Shown one piece after another: positions 39,617 through 54,500 of a stretch of 64,000 nt of DNA; positions within the stretch are counted from its first letter, which is position 1; each line of letters opens with the position of its first letter. Under the pieces are notes generated by a model. The model was not told the DNA's origin. It did no database searches and was given only the letters and a program-made list of their open reading frames with translations. The DNA is from Geosiphon pyriformis uo1. Lineage: Eukaryota; Fungi; Glomeromycota. The stretch is taken from the NCBI GenBank assembly GCA_016748015.1, contig JAAOMT010000516.1:79068-143067 (forward strand). Reading direction: 5' to 3'. The translations under genes were made by a program, and so were the position numbers.

Positions 39617-41510
39617 TAGAAAGGCTATTCTGTAATAATACGTGTGAAAAATTAAAAGTACATCATAAATAAATTTGAATTCATAATATTTTTCCCTTTT
39701 AACCAGAATGATCTATCAAGGGTAAAATATTACGTAGGCAGCTTTTTATTTTGCTGGTACCCGTATGCGGTTCCAATTTACAAAAAATTATGTGAAGATC
39801 GATCATAATTGACGCGTAGACAATATGGGCAACTAGTCGTCAAAGGGGTAAATAAAGATCCGAAAACTGCTAGTTAGTTAACATTGCTCGAATTTTTATT
39901 TTAAACAGAAAATAGAAAAGATTAACAAATTTTAAAACAATTATATATGTAAATCATATTAAATTGCCATGTTTTCTTTTACAATTTCAAAATAGTCTAG
40001 TTTAATCTCATTTAATGGGAAAGTTAGTTAATTAATTAGTTAGTTATATAGTTATATAGTTATATAGTTATATAGTTATAGATTGACGCGTTTGAAACTC
40101 CTTGATTTCAAGAAAGAAAAAATGTGGCATGTTGTTAAAAGGTACATTTATTGTACAAAAACTTGATCTCACTGGAACCAAATGTATCACACATTTTTGG
40201 CTTTTTGATCAACAAAGATTAATTTTCTTTTTAATTTATCAAATGAAAAATTTAAAAATTCACTGAAACTGAAACTTGTTCACAAAAATTTAAGGAAGTA
40301 CAAGACAAGTGATCAATCACTAATAGAAATTTTTTTTTTCAAAAGAGGAAGGTAGGAAGGAATTCAAGTAGTGAAAATTCATGCCATAAACTCTTGCTGA
40401 ATTGTTTATTTCTTTGTCTACTATAAATGAACTTTATAACTTTGATAATTTTGATCTTGATCTTGTACACTTTCTCTTTACGCGTTACAATTTTATTTAG
40501 CCAAAAAACATCCCTTTTCAAAAGATCTTTTTAATTTATGTAAATAAAGATGCAAATCACTTTTTAGAAAAATTTTCCAAGGACAAAGAGCAAACGTTTT
40601 AAAAATGACTTATGATTTGCAGTACGTAAAAAAGAGTTTTTTGAGTTTGAGTTTGAGACAAAGAACCAATAATAATAATAATAATAATAATAATTTAAAA
40701 AGACAATAGCAATGCAAGACATTCTCGATGGCGTTTTTTTTTTTTTTTTGGAACAAGTTTTTAGTTAGTAAGTTAGTTACTTAGTAGTTAGTCGATTTAT
40801 TGTTTAGTTGAAAATGAAATGAAAAAAATAAAATAAAATAAAATAAAATAAAATAAAAAACTTTTTTTCTGTTATCACAATTTCTTCCTTAAATTTCCGT
40901 CCGTCTCAAATATTACGTCAGATGCGGTAAGAAATTATTAATGGAATTCATTAAGATAGAAATTTAGAAGTTTCGAAGAAAAGAACTTCAAAATATGTGC
41001 ATGAAATTGTATGAAAATTCTCAAAAGTGGTGCAAGATTTACATGTTTCAAGACGATAAAATTGTGTGATATTCTTTGGTACACATTCAAAAAAAAAAAA
41101 AAAATTTTGAAGCAAAGTTTTCTATTTTAGACATAGATGTATATAGATAAGGTTAACTTTGAAATATGTATATATATTTTTCTTTCAATGTAGAGTAAAT
41201 GAAAATTTTTGAGAAAACGTCCCCTGAATTCTTAAAAATATTTATTCTATGAATTAAGATTTTTTAAGTTTTGATTTTTGATTTTTTTTTTTATAAACCA
41301 ATGTGAAATGACGTGTTCCATATTAAAAAAAAAGTTTTTCTTTCTTTCTTTCTTTCTTTCTTTCTTTCAATCAATATAATATTTAGTAATATAAAATTGT
41401 ATATTTATATATATATATATATTTTTATTTAATTAATTAATTATTTTAAAGATTGTGTTTTAAATGATCATTGTTAAAAATTCTGTAATATCACATTCAT
41501 AAATCATTTA

Positions 41511-41553
<43 letters not shown>

Positions 41554-42390
41554 GTTATTATTATTAAATTTAATAAATTTAAATTTTAGGATAAAAATTT
41601 TCATAAACAATTTTCAATATTATTTCGGCTAAATTAAAAAAAAAAATTAAAATTAAAATACCTAATTATCAAAATTATAATCTTTTTTGTTATTATTTCA
41701 AATAAATTATTATTTCTTTATTTGTTTATTAATTTATATTAAAATTTCTTGATCTCTGTCTTTAGGATTAGTTCTTTGACTCCTGGTTAGTATCACCGCT
41801 TCAAGAATTTATAGAAATAACCAATCATCTTTTTGAAGTTATCTTCTATATATTTAAAATAAACCCTAATCATCAAGTGATCCCGTGAATGTAATGTTCA
41901 GATGTGCAGGAATTTTTAATTGCGTAAGCACGAAATGCTTATCTTAGGCGGGAATGCACAAACTTTTTTAATACTTATACTAAAACGAGCCGACTGGTTT
42001 AAATTGACAGAAAGTGTGGTGTTGGGTTATGAGAACATGACCTTTTTTTCTTTTTTTTTTTTTACATAGATTTTTCACCCTAAAAAATAGAACAATCGAA
42101 ATTTTATTAAATTTCAAATATAAAATATTAAACTTTTTGAATCGGAACGCGGATTTAACTTATTTTAGAAATAAAATGAAAAAATATTAAATATCTCCTC
42201 ATCACTAATCAAAAAATTTGTAACGTTTAAGCGAACAACTCCACTTTCTTTTTCAAGTCTTTGAGAACTAAAGATAAACCCAGAAAAAATAAGTAAATAT
42301 TTTATTTTCAGAATCTCTTTAGAAAAAGAAAGTATTGTAATTGCATGCATGAAAAGCAAAAAAAAGATATAAGTAATAATAATAATAATA

Positions 42391-42444
<54 letters not shown>

Positions 42445-42938
42445 TTAATAATGAATATTATTATTATTATTATTATTATTATTAAATGAATTTTATCAAT
42501 TTTAAAATCTTGAATTTCAATCTTTTATTATAAACTGAAATACGTACTGTTTTCCTATAAAAGAAATTCATGTCTGAATATTTTAAATAATCAAATGTAA
42601 TGTCATCATTATTAAGAATTCATTACGTTTAAAAATTTAAAAAACAGGATTTTCGTCATTTTTTTTTATTTTTAAATAAAATTTAAAATTATTCAAATAT
42701 TATTAAACAAATAAAAAATAAACTTTGTAATTCATATTTTCATATCTCATTTTACTTAATAATATCATTGATATTCCTCTTTATTATCAATTTTTAAGAA
42801 TCTAAAATTGTACTTGAATTAAAAATAAATTTCTCTCACAGCTTTCAAAGTTATACAGGATGAAAAAAAATTTTCAAATTTCTTTCACATAATCGATAGC
42901 TTCACTTGATTGACTCAGCTTTAAGGCTAATTTCTTTA

Positions 42939-42975
<37 letters not shown>

Positions 42976-44026
42976 CACTTGACCGTTTCTTTTTTCATCT
43001 TTGGGCTTCCTTGAAATCAATAATGATTTTAAATGACTGCCTTATTGACCGATATTCTGAAACCAATAAAAATTTTTTAAGATTATTAATTTTTGGGAAA
43101 CGAATCCCTCCCTCCCCCAACACATATTTGAGATATCTTTGAAAAGAATATCATTGAATCCTTAATTTTAAACATTTTAAATATATTCGTTTCAAAAAAC
43201 CTTATATCTCCTTTCACCCCCCAACCTGTGAACTCAAACTGATATTTGCGAGATATTCTTCATGATTTCAATCAAATTCTTTACAGATTCGATCCTCATT
43301 CCAAAATCTATATGTTTACTGTTGTTAGCATTTGAACCATCTATCATGATACAACTCATCAAACAAGGTACCATTAACCTTAATTTCTTGGTTGAAGGGG
43401 GTGGGGGTGGGGGTGGGGGTAGGGGTGGTGAGGGTAAATTCATTATGTGAATCCATCTTCCATTATTTATTCGGTTGTTCTTTTGAGCTTCCGATCTTCG
43501 AAATTCCCTGAGGTCACACAAAATTTGCCACATAATGACATTACGCACATTAAACCTTGTCTAAAATTAAAAAATGCATGGAAAGGTAGTACAGAACCAA
43601 AAATTTTTTTGGTAGAATTTTCTAACGACCTATAAATATCTTTTGAACTGTACAATGGCGTAATTGAGATATTGTGAACAGTGATACCTAAATTTGATAT
43701 TTTTTCTACAACCAAAATTTTTTTTAAAGAGTAATTTTCTTGGCGAACGTGTTCAAACGATAAAGCCTAAATCTACAAAAGAAAATAGCTTCTTAGGTAC
43801 GAGTTGGTTCGGCCGACGTTAAATAGTGTGAATAAGGAATTGTACTTGAAAAGGAACAAGAAATTCTTTTCTTGGCAATTGTATTTGAAAAGTCTTTCTT
43901 GATTAACTTATGATGAATTCCTAGCTGAGTTTACCAAAATATTTTGCCCTTTTGTCGTCAACCTAGGAAGTAGCAATGATTATTAAAACCAGTCGAAATA
44001 AACAAAATATACTCCTTAAAAGATTG

Positions 44027-44170
<144 letters not shown>

Positions 44171-47100
44171 TTCACAATACCAAGTGAACGAACAACCTGA
44201 ACAACCAAAATCTTGGGATTTATCCCAAATTAAGAAAAAAAATTTATTTCTTGTGATCTCAATTTTTTATGAACATGCCTTTATTTTATGTTGGATATCA
44301 TAAAGAAGCGAGAAATGAATGAAAATTTTATCTTATTTACAGAAAAGCTTTGATTTGATTTTCAGTCTTAAATACGCATCTTCCAGTCTGTCAAATATTC
44401 AATTTGAACAATTATTAAAGGTTGAGTCTCTTCCTTTTTCCTCTTTACGAAAATAGATTACAAATTTTATAATTCAGAGTTCTTCAAACTTTGAGACACA
44501 ACTAAAAAAACTCCAACTTATTACATTCTGAAGTGATCCCTAGCAAATCTGCTATTTGTTTAACTTTGGAGATCGGAGAAAGGTTACTCCTCGGAATCTC
44601 TGTGTCTTTTCAATTTTTATTCCATCAAATAAGTACTTGAATATGAAACTTTAATTACCTTTGAGTCTCCTCTTTTTATATCATATAATGATTCGACCAT
44701 TAATCATGAAAAAATTAAATTGCTAGGGCAAATCGTGAGAGCATATATTATTTTAAAGTGGAATAAGCTCATTTTTTATCTTTGGGATCCTGGACTTTTT
44801 AAATTCTGAATTATTGCCAATAGCATTCAACACAAGAAAATAGAATCAATGATTGTCTATCCGTGAGTAATTCTAATGATTAACTTGAGAATCTTTCGTT
44901 AATATTTCTAATGATGACTATTCTTTGTTAATAATATTTTAAAAAGTATTGGATTCTCTTTCATAGATGTGGGAAGGGCAAAGAATATAGAAACTTACTG
45001 ATGGAAATTTGGTCAGGAGCAATAATTGATCATATTGATTCTTTGATCAACTACCTGAAATCGCAATTATTCTCAACAATATTACCTATTTTTGAACGCG
45101 TTAATTATTTTATTTATGGTAATTATATGATTACTCTAGATTTGAAGGCTTTTTGTTATGAAACTTTTGACAACTGAATTTCCAATATTTTCTTTGTAAT
45201 TGTCAACAATATTAATTTATTTTTACCTTCTTTCACCTTTAAATTTTTTTCTCAAGTTTAAAAAAATTCCCATAATTATTTCCAGGCTTAATTACTTTGA
45301 GAACATGAGTAACAAATAAATCCAATTTATAGTAATCATTTAAAGTTCTGAGCAAGGTTTTAGTGTATTGATTGTTACAAAAGAGATTCTGAAATTTTAA
45401 AACTCTGGATAATCCATGTACAATACAAATTTCATGGAATTTTATTTAAAATATTACGTTAGTATTCCAGATCACATTTTCTATTATGAAATTCTCAAAA
45501 TAAATAAACATGATAAAATTAGATACACGTATAAAATAGTTTTTCTCTAAAAAAAACAAATAATAAATTTTTGAGATAAAAAAATGTATTGTTTGTGATT
45601 AAAATTTTCTACAATTTTTTTTCCTTTCAATATCTCATATTATTAAAGTATTTGATTTACAAAAATTATTTTAATGATTCAGTTTTTTTTAATTTACTTT
45701 ATATTTGAAATTTACAAAAAATGTATTATTATAAATTCTTTTATTAATTGTAAAATAAAAATATTATCATTATTTAAAATTGAATAATTGATCAAAAAAA
45801 TTACAAACAAACTTTAATAATCAAAAAATAATTAATTAAAATATTTTATATTTTACCGTTTACCGTTTACCGTTTATGATTTATGGTTTATGGTTTATGG
45901 TTTATGGTTTAATTAAAATCTTTTAATTTTTTATTTTTTATTAAAATAATAATAAAATATATATTTAATTTGATTTTTGGTTTTTAAAATGATTAAATAT
46001 TGATTGTTTTCATTTGTTAAATTTATAATATTTATTTATATTTTATAATTAATTTTTAAATTATATTTATATATATATATTAATATATTATATTATATTA
46101 ACAAAAAACTTGAATATTCTATTAATTTGATGATTTTTTCAGTTAATTATCTCTTGAATTTAAAGTTTTAAATTATCAAATCTATAATTAAATAGAACTT
46201 TATTAATTAATTAAAAAATTTTTAAAAACTGAAAACGAAAAATGTTATTAAACTGTCTTTATTTTTGAGCTTTTTTACAATAATTCAAATTTTTATTCAA
46301 ATACTTAATAACTCTTACAGATTATAATATTTTTTTAGCTTTTAAATTATTCAAATTGTTTTTAACTAAAATAACCGAGCAGTATAATAATAAATGCAAG
46401 TTCTAAATTGTTAAAATAAAAATTTAAAAAATTTTTACTACATAATTCACTCAAAAAATACATTGTAATACTATTAGACAAATAGTTAATTTTTTAGAAA
46501 ATATAAATTATAATGATGTTTTTTTTTACAATTTAAATTAAAGAAAAATTCAGAACTTTAAATTTTAATGTTAAAATAAAAATAAAAATAAAGAGTTTAA
46601 GAATCTAAAAATATAATTATTAAATTTTATAAAGCAATATAAAAATTAATCAAAAAAATAAATTTAAGATGAAATTGAACAATGAAACAAAAATTTTATT
46701 GCTTTACCAAATATTTTTTTTATGTTTTATGGTTTTTTTGGTTCTAAAAGATAATTTGACTTTAAATATAACTGTAAAATTAGCCAATAAATTAAAAACA
46801 ATTAACAAATATACTTTAAATATGTTTCTTTCTTTTTAATAACTGTTCTTGTTTTTGCTATAGTTTTTAAATAATTGCTATATTTTTTATTGTCTAAATA
46901 TAAGATCTTAAAATTAATTAATTTAATAATAAACTTAATATAAATTCTGTAATTTTTAATTTGGCCAAAAAAATATAACAAATTTAATTTTAACAACTGT
47001 ATTTAAAAAATTCTAAAATACAAACTTTATATTAAAGAGTTTAATATTGTTTTTAAAATTCAGTTTAAATTAATAAAATTATATAAAAACTAAAATATAA

Positions 47101-47881
47101 TCTTGATATAAACTAATTAATTTTTACAATACCTAAGTAAAAACTACTTAATTAAATTACTTTTAACAATTAATTATTGTTTTTAAGCATTACTAAAATC
47201 AATAATGTTTTTAAAAAACAAAAAATATTAGTTTTTATTTTGTTAATTTAATTTTTGTAATTAAATAATTCAATTAGTTAAAATTACATGTAAAAAAAAC
47301 AACAATTATTTATTAATCTACATTAACTTTAACAAACATATTATTTTTATTATTATTTAAAATGTTCATTACAACTAAAATAAAATTTAACATTATAATT
47401 AACAAAATTAATAAAAATATTAAAAAAATTAGAAAAAGCTAATGTTTTATTTATTACTTTTTTAACTATTAAAAAAAATACTTTTATAAAGTGTATTTAA
47501 TTGTTTTTATTATTAAAAATCTTTCAAAATAATTATAATTATAATAATTATATTGTTATAATTAATATATATAAATATTTTTTGTTTTTAATAATGTGAA
47601 TTTATCAAATTTTATATTGTTTTATTTTTAAAATTTAAATTATAAATTTGCTTTATATATATTTTATATATATTTTTTATTTGAACTTAAGTTTATAAAT
47701 ACTTATTTATTTTTTTAAACAAAAAAATACTTAATGCTTTAATTTTATTAAAGTAATTGACAAATATTTATTTATTTTTAATATGTTTATATATATAATT
47801 TTTGAATTATATTTTTATAAAATAAAACAAATTAATTATTAATTTAAAAGCTGTAAAACCAAAAAAATTATTTTAAATATA

Positions 47882-49882
47882 CAGTTAGAGTTTTATAATT
47901 ATTATCAAATAAACTATATTTATTTATTAAATTAATCAAATATTATTGTTATTATTATTAAAATAATGTTTAATTGTTACCTGTTTTTTAGAATTTTATT
48001 TTATTTTTTCATATTGATATAATTTTTTACTAAGTAAATTTTGGTTTTCTATATTAAAATTTTCTTCTACTAATTGCTCTTCAAATTTAACTACTTTTTT
48101 TAATGCTTTATATGCTTCTGTAATCGTAATTATAGCAGGTGAAGATCTTTTAATATTTCTTTCAAGTCATTAATTGTATTGGTTTCAATTTGAGCATCAG
48201 CTAAAACCATATTTACAATTTTATTATCATCAAGAATATTTTCAGTTGCGAATAATTCATCAACTGCTACAGTATAATCTTCGAGATTTTTGACCAATTG
48301 TTGTGCATTTAATGGTAAATTGTTGAATATATCTATAGCAATTGATGTTTTGGATTCTTGAATTTCTAATTCTTGATTATAGAAAAAAATATCCATTTTT
48401 TGTTAACAGTTTTGAATTGTAACAGGTATTACTTGAAACTATGATTGAACAACATCAATTGTTTGTTTTATGTTTAATTTATTTTGGAGAAAAATAGTGC
48501 AAAGTAATATTGGTCAATTGAAATAAATCTTCCTCGATTTGAGTATGATGAAAAGTTGTATTATTAATCAAAAGTAATATATGCTGATTTTGAATTCGAA
48601 AGTCTTTATTTATATATTTGAGTCATGTTTTCCATATATCTGAGTGCATTCATGCTTTAGAATTGAATTTGTAAATCACAAGTAGGTTAGAAGTATTAAT
48701 TCCTTTAAAACATCTTGGATTTCTTGCATGTCCAATTACTAAAGATTGTAATTTGTGAAATTCAGTTAAATTTGTAATAAAAAAAATTGTAATCTGAGAT
48801 TTATCCTAATTAATTTAATATAAGAATAATATATAATGATAACAATTAGTAAATATAATATACCAATTTTTTTCCTGTATTTTAACATTTTGCAAGTGTT
48901 TGATTTGGTCTCATATGAAAAAATAATCTTGTTTTATCAGTATTATATATGTTAACAGATTCAAATTCGGATATAATAGTTTTTAATTTTCTTTGTTTTT
49001 CTGGTAAACTTTTAGTTGATACACTTTTTGCCTTATCATAAAATCAGTAAACACATAACTGGTTTCATTTTATAAATTTTTAAACCCATCCATTTGAGAA
49101 TTGGATTTCATTTTTGTGCATACTAAGAAGTTTGGCATATTTTTTTCTTTTCTCTTTAATTAGTTGATCATTGAATTCAATAATAGTTGAGTTACTTGTT
49201 CTATCCAATAACTTAAAGCTTGGTCTAATAATAGAAATTTAACACTTTTGTGTCGAATAAATTTTTCTGAAATTTCATTAATTTCAATATTCAACCACTT
49301 TGCATGCTCTTTGATTATCTTGGAGACAGTTGGACAAGATTATGAAATTCTGAATATTTATGATTAAAATAAGCTAAAATATCATCATGTTTCGTGCCAG
49401 TGATTTTTGAAATATTGACAAATTTCTTTACAAAAAGCATCATTAACTGCTGCTTGAATAAAGATTCCAACATTGTGATAATTTAGCAAGTCTGTTAGAA
49501 AATGTGCCTATAACAATAATATTAGATTTGGTTTTAGCAAGCCTGAATTAAAATACAATAGGGGCTAAATAGCTGTACATGAAAACAGACAAGATCAAAA
49601 AGAGTATGTTCAATGTAAATTAATTTAAAAAAAAGTTAGAATGAAATCAATTCAATACATTTTAACTCTTTTTCCAATTACTAATTAACATCTAGCACAT
49701 GATATTTGTTCTTATATAAAAATAAATTTCGATTAAATGTTTGATAAAATTATGTTTTTGTTCCTTTATAGATTGTTCTTATATAAAGAAAAAATTGTTA
49801 ATTAATCAATTAGTTTTATAAAAAAATGTTCTTTGTAAGAGGTTGTTCTTTTATCAAGAATTTTTTTATGGAGGTTTGACTG
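47882..49882 (-). mobile_element. Defective pogo/Tigger-type (CENP-B HTH plus DDE_1) DNA transposon
   Basis: Minus-strand translation: LDQALSYWIEQ..LIKEK..QFSNGWV*KF (CENP-B HTH), NIYNTDKTRLFF, LVIGHARNPRCFK, NSKA*MHSDIW, ILLLINN..H, TIQNC*QK. Degenerate terminal repeats TA|CAGTTAGAG (47882) and TA|CAGTCAAACCTC (minus strand, 49882). The ends are less certain than the transposase. Confidence 0.85.
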
Positions 49883-51584
49883 TATCTTATAAAGCAATAA
49901 TTTTTTAAATTAATAAAAATTATTTTTACATTATTTTTTATTATTAAAACTAACCAATAAGCAAGTAAAGTTTTAATAATTTCAAAAAACTTAAAATACA
50001 CAACACTATATTATTACAAACTAACAGATTTTAACTTAATACCAAATACTTTAATAAAAATATTATACAATAAAAGTAAAAACAAAAACAAAAAACACAA
50101 AATATTTTGCGATCTTAAAAATAGTAAAAAAATTTAACAAGCTTAATATTAATAATTACAATTAGAAAAACTTTATACAAAAAAGTTTTATATTGTTTTC
50201 AGTAATTAATTTTAAATCAATAAAACTATGTAAAAATTAAAATATAGACTTGAAAATAAACTAACTTGACTTTAATAGTTTTATTAAACATTAAAATACA
50301 AATTATATATTCAAAAAACTTTTAATAACTTGTAATTATTTTTAAATATTATTAAAACTAATAGTATTTTTAAAAAGCAAAAAAAAAATATTTTATTTTA
50401 TTTTGTTGGTCTAATTTTTAAAATTAAAAAATTAATTAATTGATTTTATATAAAAATATAATTTATTATGTTTTTAGAATTGGTAAAAATTAACTAAAAT
50501 TTAATATATAATAAATAGACAAAAGTTACTAAACACTTTATGTTTTTATTATTTAAAATAATATAAATAACAAAAATAAATACAAAAAATTTATTTATAA
50601 AAAATATGTTAAAAATATAATTGCTATTGTTTACTTTTTATTTTTATAGATTTACATGAAAATTTACAGGAATTTAATGATCTTTAAACATTTAAAATTC
50701 AAAAAATAGAATTAACTGATTTAAAACATATAGAATTTTATTTTTAAAAATAAAATAAAATATAAAAAACATAATATATAAATAAACTAATATTATTTAA
50801 TATGTATTCAAAAATAATAATTTTTTTTACTTAATAAAAAAACTTAAAAATATATCAAAAAATACAGCGAAAGAAATACAAAAAGAATTAGTCTTAATTA
50901 ATTTTATATTAAATAAAACTTATTTTTAAAATACAGTTAAAAATCTTTATTAATTAAAATACAACAAAAAAATCGACTTAAATAATATATTAAATATTTT
51001 AATTAAACTATAAAAAAATAATAAAACTCTTTTTTTCATAGATTTCTTGTTTACAACAAAAATCAAAAATAATTAAAAAAAAAGTTTATTTTCTATTATA
51101 CTATTTTTTTTAATATAAACTTTTTTATAACTATAAAACTGACTGATTCTTTAATTAGAAGTTTAACTATTGAGAAAACTGGTATAAAAAACCGTTTTGA
51201 CATTAAAAAAAGTAAAACATACATATTTATACTTTAAAAAATTTGAACAAAAATACCAAAAAGCTTACAACTATTAAATTAAAGGTTGTAAACTTATTGG
51301 CAAATTCTTTGGTCATAAATGTGCTTAAAAATAATAAAAAATTTATGTGCTAATATTAAGATAATAAAGTAGAAAATAAAGAAAATAATATTAATAATAT
51401 AAAAAACATAATAATAAAAAAACCAGTTTTGCTAATTTAAATAATTTAAATAAAGATAAAATATGAATAAACCCACCTTACAAAATATTTGTATTCAGTT
51501 TTATAATTTGGAATAATTATCCAAAAAATTGTTTTTTATTAAAGTAAATAATAAAAAAGTTCTTGATTTTTTTTCTTCTAAATT

Positions 51585-54500
51585 TGTTAAAAAAAAACTT
51601 TTTTTTTTATGTCTAAAATTCTCCAAAAAGCATTTTTTGAAAATAAAGTTTTTTGTCTTTATTTTTTCAGTAATATTATCTTCAATATTTCTCAAATTAA
51701 TAATCTTTTTGTGGTAAATTTAGAAGCTGTTATAAGTAACAATATGTTTAAGAAAAAAACACCTAAAAAAGTTCTTTATAGTTCAGTTGGAAGTATTTTC
51801 TCTTAAAAAAAAAGTTTTTGTGAATAATATTAAACACTTTAATAATAATAAAAATATTTTGGTCAAATTTGGTTTTGATAGTAGTATATACTCGAATATA
51901 AAAAATGAATTCAGTAATAATAAAATTGGTAATATATTAATGAGTGTTAGTGGTAGTTTTTTTTTCAGTTCAATTACAACAACTTCTAAAGCTAAAAGAA
52001 TTAATACTGGCTTGGATTGTGGTTTTTTTATTGGTATAATCGACTATAGTATAGATAAAGATGAAGAGCCTCTCCTTTTTTCTCTTAATATTTCTCTTAA
52101 CAAAAGATAGATTAATCCAAAAATTATTAAAACTCAAATTAAAGTATTAATTAAAAAAATTTTTGCTTTTGATATTAATTTTTCTGCAGTAAAAAGCAAA
52201 TTAGTTACAGCAAAAACTCAGGCAATTAATTTTTTTTTTCAATAATCAATGATTTTAAAGGGATTATTACTTCTTTAAAATTTGAAAAAATTATCAGATC
52301 TATATTTACATCAAAAAAGAGTATGAATAAGGCCACATTATTGGCTAAAAAAAAGAAATCAAAATAAACAGCAATCTTAAAAGACAAAAAATTAGATCAG
52401 ATTAGACTGTAATAATAATAAAAATTCTCATAAATATGTCTAAAAAAATAATTGTTGTTACAATATCTGAATATAATCAAATTGTGTTAATTTATTTACA
52501 ATTAATTAGGTTATAGCAAAAAACTGTAGTGGAATTTGCTAAATCAAGTTAGACCAATCTGTTAACAGCAAGATAATTATTTTTAATTGAAAAAAATTCA
52601 ATACATATAGCAAAAGCTATAAGAAATTATGATATTTAAATGTTAAAGAATTAGTTTGAAGCACTTCTGTTTATTTTGCCTATGAAAACAACTGTTCATA
52701 ATTTTAATAATCTGTTAGAAAAAACTGGTAGAAAAACATTGGTCATTAATTGATTATTTAAAATTAGCAATAAGATTTATTGTATTGTAATTAGTTTTAA
52801 ATCAAATAAGGATTTAGAATCTGCTTTTTATATAAAGCTAATTTTTGGTAATATAAAACTCTTCTGGACTAAAATAAATTTGGTTTGTTGTAAAAAATAT
52901 GGGCATTTTAAATATTTGGCTTTGGAATATAATATATTAAGTGCTTTATTCTTGTTTTCTAAAAAAAATTATAAAAAAGTAGTTTCTAAAGAGAATTATT
53001 TTTAGCTAGCCAGATTGTATATTAAGAAAAGTGTTTTTATTTTCTATTCTACTGTCATTAATAACAAATTTTGGGTTCAAGTGGTTTTGCTTACTGCTGT
53101 TTTTAATAATGTTTGCTTTGATTTGAATTCTAAATTTTCTTTTTTTAATATATTACATGTTAAAGAAAGTCTTTTGGTTGTTTAAGATAATTTATCTATT
53201 AGTATTTGTTTGGCTTCTTTGGAATACTTTTTAAAGTTTTTGGCTGATTAAATATTAGATATTGTGCAAAAACTAAGCACTATGAATTTGGTGTCTTTAA
53301 CATTTGCTTTTTAATCTCTTTTTTTTATAATATCTGTATTATTGAACTTAAATTTGAATTTAGATATGGTTTTAAATAATCTACTTGTATTGTTTATCTG
53401 TTTTTCTCAATTGCAAATAATAAGATTTCAAATTTAAATTTAAGTAGATTAAAGATTCTAACTACTAAAATAAGTTGCTTGAAAACAATAATGGTGGCTT
53501 TTAAAGTTTTAATTAATTTAGTTTTAATAAGATTGGATTAATTGTGCTTTGGCTTGGGCTTTTTAATGCTTTTATTGTTTCAATAACTAATTTAGTATAA
53601 AAGTTTGCTATGTAGAATATTTAAGATATTAATGTTTTTACAAAACAAAAAGATATTGTTTATTGGCATACAAATTTGAATAATATAGTTTTTATTATTA
53701 CAAAAACAAAGTTAAATTTAATATTAAGTCATAATTTGTAAATAAAGTTTGATAATATGTAAATTTTTATGTTTGAGTTAAATAAAAATTTTTTAGTGCT
53801 AAAATAATTATTGTTATAAACAATTTTCTGGTTTAACATGTTTTTAAAATAAAAAAATTCTCAGTCATGTTATTTTAATACAATTTTTCTTTAAAGACAA
53901 GCTTTTAATTACAATTTTGAGTTTGTATATTGGTGTTTTTATTAAAACTAGATTTGGACAAGCTGTAAAAGTCAACTTTTTTATTACTAAAACAGTTAAC
54001 TCCAGCACTTTTGTGGTCTTAAATAAAGATTTTAACAAAGATAAATTTAAGAAAAATGTAAGTTTTAAGTTTTGTTTGGATTTAGATTTGGTCAATTTAT
54101 TTAGTAGATATTTTTTGGTCAAAGTTTCTATTTAAAACAACTTAAAAAGTATTAAAAAAATTATAAATTACATTTTTGTAAGTAAAAGTTTGTCATATGT
54201 AGTTGTTAATTACGAAATTAATTTTGTATTTAACTTTTTTGATACTGATTACAAAGTTGTATTGATATCAATCAGTTTGAATAATATATACAAACAAGTT
54301 AACAAGAAGCATTGAAAATTTAAAATTAAGAATATAAATTATGCCAAATAAGAATAATTTAAGAATTGTTTTTCTGCCAAATTTTTGGCAGTGATGAATA
54401 AGTTTTCAGAAGCTAGGATTTGTAAAAATTTAGATGACATGCGGAAGTTGTTAAGAAAAATAATAGTGAAGTTAACTGAAAAAACATTTTTTAGACATTG

